Below, piece after piece: positions 8,854 through 19,497 of a stretch of 64,000 bases of DNA. The DNA comes from Thermoplasmata archaeon (GTDB taxonomy: Archaea > Thermoplasmatota > Thermoplasmata > Thermoplasmatales > ARK-15), in NCBI GenBank assembly GCA_049967595.1, contig JBMFSK010000001.1:543-64542 (forward strand). The letters are read 5' to 3'. Made by a program: the position numbers and the translations under genes. Every line of letters begins with the position of its first letter. Within the stretch, counting starts at the first letter, position 1. The notes under the pieces are model-generated. The model saw only the letters and a program-made list of their open reading frames with translations, ran no database searches and was not told the DNA's origin.

Positions 8854-9482
8854 AATATTTACCCATAATGCTGGATTTGTCACGAATTAAAGTTATAATA
8901 TTTGGTGGTGGAAAAGTTGCATATAGAAAGTTAAATTACTTTGAAGGTGCTGATATAACAATCGTGTCTGAAAATTTTTTGAAAGAAATATCAAAAAAGA
9001 ATGTTAGATTATTAAGAAAAAAAATTATTGATCCTGAAGAGGCAAGGCCAATCATAAAAGATGCAGATCTTGTAATAATTGCAACGAATGATAAAAGTTT
9101 GAACAGCTCATTAATGGGTATCTGTGAAGATGAGAAAAAGATATATAATTTGGTAGATGATAAAAAGAGCAAGGCAATTTTTCCTGCCTGTTATAATGAG
9201 AAGGACATTATCTTGGCAATTTCAACTTCAGGCAGAGCACCCGCACTTTCAACATTTCTAAGGGATGAATTATCAAAAAATTTAAAAAGGTATTCTAATG
9301 CTTTGGATATTGTGGAAAAAATCAGAAAATCTATAAATTCTCATAACGAGCAAATAAGGAAAAAATATTTCAGGGTTTTATTTGAGAGTAAAAATTTTTG
9401 GGAGTTAATTGATAAAAAAGATTTTGAAAAAGCATACCAATTAGCCTTGAAAGTATGGAGGGATATGGATGTTTCTAGTTGA
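8850..9482 (+). CDS. sirC: precorrin-2 dehydrogenase (SirC / CysG N-terminal / Met8-like), possibly also the sirohydrochlorin ferrochelatase
   Basis: 'VIIFGGGKVAYRK' Rossmann motif, 'LVIIATND', 'AISTSGRAPALSTFLRDEL'. Confidence 0.8.
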   Translation: MKYLPIMLDLSRIKVIIFGGGKVAYRKLNYFEGADITIVSENFLKEISKKNVRLLRKKIIDPEEARPIIKDADLVIIATNDKSLNSSLMGICEDEKKIYNLVDDKKSKAIFPACYNEKDIILAISTSGRAPALSTFLRDELSKNLKRYSNALDIVEKIRKSINSHNEQIRKKYFRVLFESKNFWELIDKKDFEKAYQLALKVWRDMDVSS

Positions 9483-10626
9483 CATTCTTGCCACATATAA
9501 AGATATGGACTTGATCAGTTTAGGCAAATGGACATCCATAGGAGACGAAACAATTATAGATCATTTTAAGGAAGTTTCAAAAGAGATTTTAATATTGAGA
9601 ACATGCAACAGGTTTGAAATCTACATTGTTCCAAGGAATGACCCTACAGAGAGAATTAAATTATTGTTTTCAGAGCATGGTCAAACTAGAATATTATACG
9701 ATATGGACGCTGTTTACCATATTATCGAGGTAGCATCAGGCATGGATTCTATGGTTCCCGGGGAACAGGACATTCAACGGCAGGTCAAAGATGCCCTTAA
9801 AAACTCTCTAGAAAAAAAAACATCCGGAAAAATCCTGAACTATATTTTTATGAGGGCATTAAACATTTCAAAAACGGTTAGATCTGAAACAAAAATAGGA
9901 AATGGTATTGTATCAATACCTCAGAGTGCGGTAAAGATACTAGAAAGTATGCTTAAAAATGGTGAATTATGTATAATTGGGACAGGAAAGGTTGCAAATT
10001 TATTGTTAAAATATCTGAAAGGGGAAAATTTTATAATTACTGTATTTGGAAGGAATGATGAAAAATTGAATTACATCAAAGAGAAATACGATGTAAAGGT
10101 GGAATATTTAAAAAACATTCAGGATAATTTGAAAAAATATGATGCTGTTATTTCTGCAATATCAATTAAAGATCCAATTCTTAAAAAGGAAAATTTTGAT
10201 GAAACTAAACCAATTTTGGTCATAGATCTAGGAAATCCAAGAAACATAGAAAAATTGGAAGATAGGTATTACGTGGATCTAGAATATATAAAGGGATATG
10301 TTGAAAAAAATATAACACAAAGAAAAAGTGAAATGGAAAAGGCAAGAAAAATAATAGATGAAAAAATCATTGGCATAGAAGATAAAATAAACTCAATGGA
10401 AATAGATTATCTGATCTCAAACATCTTCAAGAGAGCGGAAAGAATAAAAAAATCCGAGATTGAGAAATCAATAAAAATCTTAGGTAAAGATGCAGAATTT
10501 ACACTTGAAAAATTCGGTAGTTCAATGATTAATAAAATATATTCAAATTTAATTACAAATTTAAGAAAAGAGAGAGATCATATTTCAAGGGAAGAAATAG
10601 AATTAATAAAAAAATTGTTTAGGTGA
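9469..10626 (+). CDS. hemA: glutamyl-tRNA reductase
   Basis: 'ILRTCNRFEIY' active-site Cys motif, 'GEQDIQRQVK', NADPH-binding 'IIGTGKVA'. Confidence 0.9.
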   Translation: MFLVDILATYKDMDLISLGKWTSIGDETIIDHFKEVSKEILILRTCNRFEIYIVPRNDPTERIKLLFSEHGQTRILYDMDAVYHIIEVASGMDSMVPGEQDIQRQVKDALKNSLEKKTSGKILNYIFMRALNISKTVRSETKIGNGIVSIPQSAVKILESMLKNGELCIIGTGKVANLLLKYLKGENFIITVFGRNDEKLNYIKEKYDVKVEYLKNIQDNLKKYDAVISAISIKDPILKKENFDETKPILVIDLGNPRNIEKLEDRYYVDLEYIKGYVEKNITQRKSEMEKARKIIDEKIIGIEDKINSMEIDYLISNIFKRAERIKKSEIEKSIKILGKDAEFTLEKFGSSMINKIYSNLITNLRKERDHISREEIELIKKLFR

Positions 10627-11607
10627 ATGAATATGTTTCCGGTTTCGAGAATGAGAAGGTTGAGAGAAAATTCAACTTTAAGAAGAATGGTAGAAGAAAC
10701 TGAGCTGGAGATCGAGGATTTTATTTATCCAATCTTTGTAGATGAGAACATAACTGAAAAGATGGAAATTCCATCTATGCCAGGTATTTCAAGGATACCT
10801 TTAAATGATATAGAAAATGAAGGAAATGACCTGGAAGAACTTGGCATAAAAGCTGTTCTTCTTTTTGGAATACCCTCATGCAAAGATGAGAATGCTTCAT
10901 CAGCTTATGATGAAAATGGTGTTATACAGAAAGCGATTGAAAAATTAAAGAATAATAGCAATTTACTTGTTTTTGCAGATCTCTGCATGTGCGAATACAC
11001 TTCACATGGACATTGCGGTATAGTTTCAAACGGTAAAGTACTGAATGACAAAACTCTTGTAACATATCAAAAAATAGCTTTAAGCTATGCCAAAAGTGGT
11101 GTTGATGTTGTTGCACCAAGTGGCATGATGGATGGTCAGGTAAAGGAGATTAGGGACATTCTGGATAAAAACGGGTATGAGTATTTACCAATAATGGCAT
11201 ACAGCGCAAAATATTCATCATCGCTATATTCACCTTTTAGGGATGCTGCAGAATCCACTCCAAAATTCGGTGATAGAAAAACATATCAGATGAATTATTC
11301 TAACTCTAGAGAGGCCCTTAGAGAAATTGAACTTGACATTATGGAAGGTGCAGACATTGTTATGATCAAGCCAGCATTATTTTATCTTGATATCATAAAA
11401 ATGGCAAGAGAGAATTTCAGGCTACCCATTGCAGCATACAATGTCAGTGGCGAATATAGTATGGTCAAATCCGCTTCAATGGCAGGTTACATAGATGAAA
11501 AGGCTGTAGTTAAAGAACTCCTCACCTCAATAAAAAGAGCTGGAGCTGACATTATAATTACATATCATGCAAAGGATTATGCAAAATGGATAAAAGAGAT
11601 ATTATGA
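10627..11607 (+). CDS. hemB: porphobilinogen synthase (delta-aminolevulinate dehydratase), Zn type
   Basis: 'RMRRLR', Zn site 'DLCMCEYTSHGHCG', 'IMAYSAKYSS', 'VMIKPA'. The AGGTGA SD favours the second ATG (10633) as the start. Confidence 0.95.
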   Translation: MNMFPVSRMRRLRENSTLRRMVEETELEIEDFIYPIFVDENITEKMEIPSMPGISRIPLNDIENEGNDLEELGIKAVLLFGIPSCKDENASSAYDENGVIQKAIEKLKNNSNLLVFADLCMCEYTSHGHCGIVSNGKVLNDKTLVTYQKIALSYAKSGVDVVAPSGMMDGQVKEIRDILDKNGYEYLPIMAYSAKYSSSLYSPFRDAAESTPKFGDRKTYQMNYSNSREALREIELDIMEGADIVMIKPALFYLDIIKMARENFRLPIAAYNVSGEYSMVKSASMAGYIDEKAVVKELLTSIKRAGADIIITYHAKDYAKWIKEIL

Positions 11608-11845
11608 TTTTTATCTGTAATAGAAATCTTCACAATGAAACCTCTGAAGCATCAATAGAAATATATTTATATTAGTATGCTATATATATACATGTTGAAA
11701 TATCAAAAAATATGATGCTTGAATCCGTAAATTTAAAAATAGAAACAGCTGGCACTTATAAATATCCCTGAAGCGTATAAATATACTTGAAACAGAAAAT
11801 AGATAAGTTCCAGCTGAGACTTAATCAAAAAAAAGATGTGAAAAA

Positions 11846-13135
11846 ATGGCACTAATTCAGCTGTTCAATCAATTACTAATTCCGATAATTGCCACTATAG
11901 GAATAGTGGTGATATCACTTTACATAGTTGCATATCTAAATAGATTTTTCAATTATTTGAAAATTAAAGAATCCGTATTTTTAGGAGAAAACAGCGTTGA
12001 ACTACTTGAAATTATATTTTTATATTCGTTCTTCTCATTTTTATTTGTTTTTCTTGTTTATCTTTATTCGAGCATAGGTATAGTAATTAAAGATTATACA
12101 ACCAAAATAATATTCCCTTACCTCTATACATTTTTTTCAATTATCCTTGTTTTGCTTTTTTCTCTGTTTCTTTTGTCAATTAACAATAGAATTTTTAGAT
12201 TTCTAAGGGGCGAACTTCATACAAAACCAAAAAAGCTTATAAGCGAAAAATTTGGTTATTATACGGAACTTATAATAAAATATTTTATTTACATACTGGC
12301 CATAATATTTTCTATAATTATTTTGTTATCAAGCTTTGGTGTTCTTGGTAACACAAGCAAAGGCTTGAATTTATTTCTCTCAGAAAATGTCGAAGGTCTT
12401 TTGATGATCTTTCTCCTGATAATAGTAGGAATCATAATTTACCTTCTTTTTGTAGCATTTATAAGGGATATAAAATTGAGATCAAGTGCTCAGAAGGAAA
12501 AACTAGGAGGGTATTTGACTGGCATTATTAGAAATACGATAATTATTCTTGTTTCATTTGGCATAATTTTAATATTTCTTTCTATGCTAGGTTTCAGATA
12601 TGCTGACATTTTTGTCTTTATATTTTTTATAATCTTGATTTTTGTTATCATTTTATTTATTTTTTATTCGCCTTTCAAAAATGCAATTTCAGGCCTTATA
12701 ATTCTTTCAGCTGAACCTTTCGTTGAAGAGGATTATATTTCTATAGAAAATGAAGTGGAAGGTTTAGTTTTAAATATCAGTCTACTGTTCACAGAAATAA
12801 AAGATAATCTTGGAAAAATTACTTACGTACCAAATTCCATAGTCCTGGAAAAATATGTAAAAGTGATTTCATCACCCGGGAAATCATTCCCTGTAAGGTT
12901 TGAAGTGGAGATTCCGAATAAAATGAAAACTGAAGAATTTGAGAACCTTTTCTTAAAAATTATTATGGACATTCCCTACATTGAACAGAATGAAAGACCT
13001 GGAATATACCTGAAAGAATTAGGAAAGGAATTTAGCAGATATGAAATTTGTGTGCATGTAGAATTAAGTGAAAAATGTGAACACGTTAAGTCTGAGATTT
13101 TGAAAAAAATAAAATCAGCTGTGTACGAGCATTGA
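11846..13135 (+). CDS. MscS-family mechanosensitive channel-like membrane protein
   Basis: Multiple TM helices, then 'SGLIILSAEPFVEEDYISIENEVEGLVLNISLLFTEIKDNLGKITYVPNS', which matches the MscS beta-domain pattern (pF.vGD...G.V..i....T......g....iPNs). Confidence 0.7.
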   Translation: MALIQLFNQLLIPIIATIGIVVISLYIVAYLNRFFNYLKIKESVFLGENSVELLEIIFLYSFFSFLFVFLVYLYSSIGIVIKDYTTKIIFPYLYTFFSIILVLLFSLFLLSINNRIFRFLRGELHTKPKKLISEKFGYYTELIIKYFIYILAIIFSIIILLSSFGVLGNTSKGLNLFLSENVEGLLMIFLLIIVGIIIYLLFVAFIRDIKLRSSAQKEKLGGYLTGIIRNTIIILVSFGIILIFLSMLGFRYADIFVFIFFIILIFVIILFIFYSPFKNAISGLIILSAEPFVEEDYISIENEVEGLVLNISLLFTEIKDNLGKITYVPNSIVLEKYVKVISSPGKSFPVRFEVEIPNKMKTEEFENLFLKIIMDIPYIEQNERPGIYLKELGKEFSRYEICVHVELSEKCEHVKSEILKKIKSAVYEH

Positions 13136-15331
13136 TATTTCGCTCATGTCCTCATCGGCTGATACTTTTCTAACAACGAGAATAGGACCATTCATTCTAC
13201 CAACTATCTTTGGATCTGATGTGATAGGAATCTTTCCGTCAAGATATTCTGATGGAGGCGCAATAACTAGCAATTCTGCAGATTTTGATATATCAAGGAT
13301 TTTCCTCATAATGCCATCACTTTTGTAAGGAATTATGTTTACCTCAATACCTATTTCCTCAGCTTTCTTCTTATAATTTTCAGCTTTGATTGAAATCTCT
13401 CCATTATATGTGAACTCAAAAATTTTCAGTTTTGCTGCAAATTCCTTAGCTAAAATTGTACTTATTCTAAATGAAAAATCACTGCTTTTTCTCTTGGATA
13501 TGACAATGCTTACTTCGTTTATTTTTTCCGGTAAATGGTCCCTGAATATTATTATATCACATGGGGGATTTCTGTAAATTTTTTCAAGCGTGGATCCAAA
13601 TATTATCCTTTTTCCCTTTTTCTGTCTCCAGGTCATAAATAAAAGTCTGATTTTCTTTCCTTTTATTTCATCCAGTATTGCATTTACAGGATCGTGCGAA
13701 ACAGTAACGATGGTCGCTACCTGTTTCTTGTATTTTTTAGCCACTTTTTCCATCATTTCCATCATTTTTATCCTGTCCATAGATTCTGCATATGTAATCG
13801 ATTGTGGTGAAATTGTAATAGGAACTTCAATGGTACTGAAAAGATAAAGATTAAAATTGAGGTTTTCAGCAATGGTTGAACCAATTTTAACACTGTTAGA
13901 AAACTCTTCGGATAGCGGTATAAGCATATTCATGTTCTTCTTTTCTATTACTATTTCTTCTTTTTGCTTTATAGGCACAGGTCTCTCTATTTCCCTTTTC
14001 CCTGCCCAGAAATAATAGATTAAAAGCCCTGCTTCGATCCAAAGTAGAGCAATGTACCAGGATTCAGGCGAAAATATCCAAAGTGCAAAAGCTACAAGCA
14101 ATTTTGTTATTATTGCCAGAATAGGAATCAAAGGAAATAGAGGAATAGAATAAGCTCTCTTTACGTTTGGATTCTTATATCTATGGACGATCACTGCAAT
14201 GTTTACAAGGGTAAAGAGAAGAAGAAACATTATGCTCGCTGCCGCAACAATGGTATCTAGAGGAAGAAAAAGTGCCATGCCTCCAATGATTACACCAGTA
14301 ATGATTGTTGCAAAATGAGGTGTTCTGTGCTTCTTATGCATTCTTGAAAATATTTTAGGTAAAGAACCATTCCTCCCCATAGCAAATGAAACCCTTATGG
14401 CGGAATATACTGTTGCGTTCAATGTTGCCCCTGATCCTATGAGCATTGCCAGGATTACCAGTGCTGGGCCATAGCTCCCGAGAATTATCTTACCGTAATC
14501 AACCATAGCAGATTCACCATGCGAGCCCACCCATGATGTTCCCGCACCACTAAGCATTACGAGAAATAGGGCGACATACAGAACAGTGATTATTGCAACT
14601 GAAACAAAAATGGCCTTGGGTATATTCTTTTGTGGATTTTCAATCTCCTCTGCACCTTGTGCGATTATTTCATATCCCTCAAAAGCCACAAATAGAAGAC
14701 CCATTGCGAGAAGTATGCCCATAGGAGTGGAATTAAATGGCAAAAGATTTCCAGGAACATTCGGATGCCTGATTATTGCTATTGTTCCAGCAATTATAAA
14801 AATGATAAGAAGAGCAATCTGAATATTAGTTATTAATGTTTGGGATTTTCCTGTTGTGGCAGTACCCCAATAATTAATCAAGATTATGATTATCAAAATC
14901 AGCAAAATCATCAATTTTTCAAAAATGATATAGTTGATTGGGATTATAATACCGTACTCCTGGAAAAGCCATAAGATTCCTGTTGCAAAAACAACAGTAT
15001 AAAATGCATCTGCTATTGAATGTGAAAACCATGACATCCAGCCACCCATGAATCCAAAAGGCTTTGGTAGAGATTCTTCGACAAATAAGTATCCTCCTCC
15101 AGCTTCAGGATATACTGTTGAAAGTTCAGCGTAGGTCATTCCTGTCAACATTGTAATAATGTAATTGAAAAGAAGAGCGAGTAATACGCCAGTCCCGGCA
15201 AGAGCAGTCGCTTGACCAGCCATGACGTATATAGTCGCACCGGTCATAGCTCCTACACCAATACTCACTAAATCTCTGAATTTCAAATCCCGTCTGAATT
15301 TCAAAGATATGTTCTGATCTGTTTCTTCCAT
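13115..15331 (-). CDS. APC-superfamily amino-acid permease fused to tandem C-terminal universal stress protein (Usp) domains
   Basis: About 450 aa of polytopic permease ('GAMTGATIYVMAGQA', 'FEGYEIIAQGAEE'), followed by about 280 aa of soluble alpha/beta repeats resembling two Usp domains. Confidence 0.75.
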   Translation of the reverse strand: MEETDQNISLKFRRDLKFRDLVSIGVGAMTGATIYVMAGQATALAGTGVLLALLFNYIITMLTGMTYAELSTVYPEAGGGYLFVEESLPKPFGFMGGWMSWFSHSIADAFYTVVFATGILWLFQEYGIIIPINYIIFEKLMILLILIIIILINYWGTATTGKSQTLITNIQIALLIIFIIAGTIAIIRHPNVPGNLLPFNSTPMGILLAMGLLFVAFEGYEIIAQGAEEIENPQKNIPKAIFVSVAIITVLYVALFLVMLSGAGTSWVGSHGESAMVDYGKIILGSYGPALVILAMLIGSGATLNATVYSAIRVSFAMGRNGSLPKIFSRMHKKHRTPHFATIITGVIIGGMALFLPLDTIVAAASIMFLLLFTLVNIAVIVHRYKNPNVKRAYSIPLFPLIPILAIITKLLVAFALWIFSPESWYIALLWIEAGLLIYYFWAGKREIERPVPIKQKEEIVIEKKNMNMLIPLSEEFSNSVKIGSTIAENLNFNLYLFSTIEVPITISPQSITYAESMDRIKMMEMMEKVAKKYKKQVATIVTVSHDPVNAILDEIKGKKIRLLFMTWRQKKGKRIIFGSTLEKIYRNPPCDIIIFRDHLPEKINEVSIVISKRKSSDFSFRISTILAKEFAAKLKIFEFTYNGEISIKAENYKKKAEEIGIEVNIIPYKSDGIMRKILDISKSAELLVIAPPSEYLDGKIPITSDPKIVGRMNGPILVVRKVSADEDMSEISMLVHS

Positions 15332-15386
15332 AATCTTTTATGAATATGCAATTCTTATATATTATTCTTTCAAAAAAATTATGAGA

Positions 15387-16844
15387 TTATTTTTTTAACA
15401 TTTTCCAAGAAAGTATAGGATTTCTGGCAGCTTCCACCTCATCTATTCTTCTAACTACAGTATTCTGAGGTGCTTTCTTTAAAATTTCAGGATTTTCCTT
15501 CGCTTCAGTTGCAATCTGTATCATTATGTCAGCAAACTTGTCCATATTGTCCTTCGATTCTGTTTCTGTAGGTTCAATCATCAACGCCTCTTCCACTATT
15601 AGAGGAAAATATATTGTTGGTGCGTGTAAACCGTAATCAAGCATCCTTTTTGCTATATCGAGTGTTTTTATGCCATATTGTTTGAAGTTATTCCCACTGA
15701 AAACAACTTCGTGCTTCCTCAATTCTTTGTAAGGAAGATTATAATAATTTTGAAGCTTTTTTCTTAAATAATTTGTGTTCAGAACAGCCATTTCAGTTAC
15801 ATCTTTAAGACCATCGCCACCTTTTAATTTTATATATGCCCAAGCCCTAACAAGAACGGCAAAATTCCCATAAAATCCAGTTACTTTTCCAATTGTGTTT
15901 TTCACGTTATAATCGAAGAAGTAATTTTTACCATCAAAACCGATGACCGGAACAGGTAAAAATTCCTCAAGTTTTTTCTTAACACCAACAGGTCCTGCTC
16001 CTGGGCCTCCACCACCATGAGGCGTTGCAAATGTCTTATGCAGATTAAAATGAACAATATCAAAACCCATCTTTCCAGGTGTTGTTTTACCCATTATTCC
16101 GTTCAAGTTAGCGCCATCATAATATAATAGGGCACCCTTCTCATGCACCATTTTTGCTATTTTGACAATATTCTCTTCAAATATTCCAAGCGTGTTAGGA
16201 TTTGTGATCATAAAAGCTGCTGTTTTATCCGAAAGTGCTGCCTCAAGGGCTTCAAGATCAACCATCCCATTCTCATTTGATTTTATTTCTATGGTTGCAA
16301 ATCCCGCCATTGTTGAGCTTGCAGGATTTGTCCCGTGTGCTGAATCAGGAACTATAATTTCAGTTCGTTTGAGGTCCTTTCTATGCTCATGATAAGCTCT
16401 GACAAGAAGTAAGCCTGTAAATTCACCATCTGCCCCAGCAGCCGGTTGAAGGGTTACGGCATCCATACCTCCTATTTCCTTTAGAAATTCCTGAAGATCA
16501 TACATAATCTGTAAAGAACCCTGAACTGTTGATTCATCCTGGAAAGGATGGATGTATTTTACCTGATCCATTGAAACAATCTCCTCTGATATTTTTGGAT
16601 TGTATTTCATGGTACATGATCCAAGCGGATACGTGTTCACGTCAACACCGTAATTCATTTGAGAAAGTCTTACGTAATGTCTTATTACTTCATATTCCTC
16701 ATTATCATTTATGTTTAATTCATTCCTTATAAGTTCTTTTGGCAAATTGACTTCCATTCTTATTTCTTCAAATGGCAATTTTAAGGTCCTGTTTCCAGAT
16801 TTTTCTATGATCAATTTCTCATCCCATACTGCCTGATGAAACAT
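15387..16844 (-). CDS. gcvPB: glycine dehydrogenase (decarboxylating) subunit 2
   Basis: '[21 protein letters not shown]' PLP-lysine region; collinear with GcvPB. Confidence 0.95.
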   Translation of the reverse strand: MFHQAVWDEKLIIEKSGNRTLKLPFEEIRMEVNLPKELIRNELNINDNEEYEVIRHYVRLSQMNYGVDVNTYPLGSCTMKYNPKISEEIVSMDQVKYIHPFQDESTVQGSLQIMYDLQEFLKEIGGMDAVTLQPAAGADGEFTGLLLVRAYHEHRKDLKRTEIIVPDSAHGTNPASSTMAGFATIEIKSNENGMVDLEALEAALSDKTAAFMITNPNTLGIFEENIVKIAKMVHEKGALLYYDGANLNGIMGKTTPGKMGFDIVHFNLHKTFATPHGGGGPGAGPVGVKKKLEEFLPVPVIGFDGKNYFFDYNVKNTIGKVTGFYGNFAVLVRAWAYIKLKGGDGLKDVTEMAVLNTNYLRKKLQNYYNLPYKELRKHEVVFSGNNFKQYGIKTLDIAKRMLDYGLHAPTIYFPLIVEEALMIEPTETESKDNMDKFADIMIQIATEAKENPEILKKAPQNTVVRRIDEVEAARNPILSWKMLKK

Positions 16845-16845
16845 T

Positions 16846-18183
16846 TTATTTCACCTCCTTAAGAGCACTTAGTAATTTTTCTATATCCTTATCAGTATGC
16901 GTTTCTGTGACATTGAAAAGCATTGCATTTCCGAGTTCCGGAAATGCATTTTTATTCCATGAATTTATTAGATAACCTCCATTAACATTTCTTGATAAAA
17001 GATGGTTGTGTATTTCTATTTCACTTTTAGGCAGTTTAATAACAAACTCATTGAAATGCAAAGATTCGTGGGCATTTATGAAACCCTTTATTTTTGAGAT
17101 TTTTTCTCTAACATCATTTGCCCTCTGTATGTTTATTTCAGCCAGTCTTTTCAAACCAGATTTTCCAAGAAATGATAGATATGACGCTGAAAAAACAGCA
17201 CAAAGCGCTTCATTTGAGCATATGTTACTTGTAGCCCTTGCCCTTCTGATATGCTGTTCTCTTGTCTGTAAGGTCATTACAAATGCTCTTTTTCCATCCA
17301 TGTCTTTAGACATCCCTATGATCCTCCCAGGCATTTTTCTCACGTATTCCATCCTTGTTGCAAATATACCCAGAAGTGGCCCGCCAAAGTTCATTGGATT
17401 GCCGATAATCTGCCCTTCACCTATTGCAATGTCCGCTCCATATTCACCCGGAGGTTTCAAAATTCCTAGAGATATAGGGTTAATACCAGCAATAAAGATA
17501 AATTTACCGAGTTCCCTTATCTTTAAAATATTTTCATCTATAACACCGAAAAAATTTGGATTTTCAGCATAAACAGAAGAAGTATTTTCATTTATTTTAT
17601 TTTTAAGGTCATTAAGATCTAATTTGCCCGTCTTTTTATCATATTTATATTCAATGATTTTCATCCCTAACCCCTTAACATAATTCCATAGAACACTTTT
17701 TTTCTGCCACTGTATATTTTCCGGAATTAGAATTTCTAGCTTCTCATTGATGCTGTGAGCCATTCTGGCTGCTTCGCCAAGAGAGGTATAATTATCATAC
17801 ATAGATGCATTGGCAGCATCAAGTCCTGTTAATTCTGCTATATAACTCTGGTATTCGAAAAGCGTTTGAAGCATGCCCTGTGATATTTCTGGCTGATAAG
17901 GTGTGTATGCTGTATAAAACTCAGAACGTGATGCTATAGCAAAAACACCTGCAGGAATGTAATGGTTGTAAACACCTGCACCTAAAAAGTTTGGCATATC
18001 AAAGACTGATTTGTTTTTTGAAAGTATATTTCTTACTTCTATTCTCAGGGTATGTTCATCAATACCTTCAGGGATATTCAATTTGTTTATTCTAACATCC
18101 TCTGGTATGTCCTTGAACAGATCATCTATGTCATTTAAATCTAAAAATTTCATCATTTCCATTTTTTCATCCATGAAAGTCAC
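16846..18183 (-). CDS. gcvPA: glycine dehydrogenase (decarboxylating) subunit 1
   Basis: '[11 protein letters not shown]', '[18 protein letters not shown]'. Confidence 0.95.
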   Translation of the reverse strand: MTFMDEKMEMMKFLDLNDIDDLFKDIPEDVRINKLNIPEGIDEHTLRIEVRNILSKNKSVFDMPNFLGAGVYNHYIPAGVFAIASRSEFYTAYTPYQPEISQGMLQTLFEYQSYIAELTGLDAANASMYDNYTSLGEAARMAHSINEKLEILIPENIQWQKKSVLWNYVKGLGMKIIEYKYDKKTGKLDLNDLKNKINENTSSVYAENPNFFGVIDENILKIRELGKFIFIAGINPISLGILKPPGEYGADIAIGEGQIIGNPMNFGGPLLGIFATRMEYVRKMPGRIIGMSKDMDGKRAFVMTLQTREQHIRRARATSNICSNEALCAVFSASYLSFLGKSGLKRLAEINIQRANDVREKISKIKGFINAHESLHFNEFVIKLPKSEIEIHNHLLSRNVNGGYLINSWNKNAFPELGNAMLFNVTETHTDKDIEKLLSALKEVK

Positions 18184-18262
18184 CTTGGTATGGAAAAATA
18201 ATATAGATAGATAAACATTATGAGCAGAAATATTTTTTAAGGTGTAATCATGAGAAAAATCT

Positions 18263-19453
18263 GTGAAAATTTATTACGAAAAATATGGCTGTTCATTGAA
18301 TCAAGCTGAAACGTTGGAATTAGTAGAATCGATGTTGGGAAAAGGTAATGAATTAGCTGAATCACCTGAAAAGGCTGATGTTATTGTAATTGGCACATGT
18401 GTTGTTATAAAACATACTGAAAATTACATGCTCAGGAGGATCAATGAATTATCAAGTTTTAATAAAAAAATGATAATTTATGGCTGCTTGCCCGCTATCA
18501 AATCTAACATTTTGAAAAATAAAGATTTTATCTTGATAAAGCCATCTTCTGTTTATAATAAAATTAATGTTCAAAAATTTCCAATGTTCGAGAACACACT
18601 TACGATACCAATTGCACAGGGTTGCACTGGACACTGTTCATATTGCATTTCAAGGCTTGCAAGGGGTAAATTAAAAAGCTACGATCCTGATAAAATACTT
18701 GAAAAATTTAAGGATGGCCTAGAAAAAGGCTATAAAGAAATAAGATTAAGTGCTCTTGACACAGCTGCATATGGTCTGGATATAAATACAAATCTAGCTG
18801 AGCTTTTAAATGCCCTTTCAGATGTGGAAGGGGAATATATGATAAGGGTAGGCATGATGGAACCCAGCAATGCCCTTAGAATTCTTCCTGATTTGATAGA
18901 ATCATTCAAATCTGAAAAGATATTCAAATTTTTTCATGTGCCTTTCCAAAGTGCAGACGATAGAATCCTTCAACTTATGGGAAGGGAATATACAGCTGAA
19001 AATTTTAAAAAAATCATTAATGAAGTAAGGAAAAATTTTGAACATTATACATTCTCGACGGATGTGATAGTCGGCTTTCCAGGTGAAGATGAAAACAGCT
19101 TCAATCAAACAGTGTCAATGGTAAATGAAATCAGACCTGATATATTGAACATTACAAGATATTCTCCGAGAGAAGGCACATATGCTTTCAGGTTAAGACC
19201 TGTTCCATCAAAAATAGCAAAAGACTGGTCATTAAAATTGACTGAAATTCACAGATCAATTAGTTTGGAAAGGAACAAAGAGCTACTTAACTCTATTAAA
19301 AGAGTTCTTGTTACGGAAAAAGGTAAAAGAGACTTTTTAGCAAGAACAGATGGATATAGACCTGTGGTACTCAAAAATGTATTCCTGAATAATTTTTATA
19401 TGACTAAGATAACAGATTATAGCGCTTTTTATTTATATGGAGAAATTATCTGA
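18263..19453 (+). CDS. MiaB-like tRNA methylthiotransferase (archaeal/eukaryal MtaB/CDKAL1 type)
   Basis: N-terminal 'YGCSLNQAE...GTCVV', radical SAM 'CTGHCSYC', C-terminal TRAM-like segment. GTG start (see finding at 18241). Confidence 0.8.
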   Translation: MKIYYEKYGCSLNQAETLELVESMLGKGNELAESPEKADVIVIGTCVVIKHTENYMLRRINELSSFNKKMIIYGCLPAIKSNILKNKDFILIKPSSVYNKINVQKFPMFENTLTIPIAQGCTGHCSYCISRLARGKLKSYDPDKILEKFKDGLEKGYKEIRLSALDTAAYGLDINTNLAELLNALSDVEGEYMIRVGMMEPSNALRILPDLIESFKSEKIFKFFHVPFQSADDRILQLMGREYTAENFKKIINEVRKNFEHYTFSTDVIVGFPGEDENSFNQTVSMVNEIRPDILNITRYSPREGTYAFRLRPVPSKIAKDWSLKLTEIHRSISLERNKELLNSIKRVLVTEKGKRDFLARTDGYRPVVLKNVFLNNFYMTKITDYSAFYLYGEII

Positions 19454-19497
19454 AAAGGATAAAAAAAATTTAAGAAATAAAACGAATTTAACTAATT

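Noticed and set aside
11608-11845. Possible C/D-box sRNA or regulatory repeats in the 238-nt gap upstream of the MscS-like gene (ATGATGC ... CCTGAAGC; CAGCTGGCACTTA / CAGCTGAGACTTA)
   Set aside because: The C box is imperfect, and no D' or C' boxes or terminal stem occur at the required spacing. The 13-nt repeat has 4 mismatches and could be chance in AT-rich DNA.
17006-17572. 188-aa ORF on the plus strand
   Set aside because: It is antisense to gcvPA, whose motifs are unambiguous, and it has no recognisable motif of its own.
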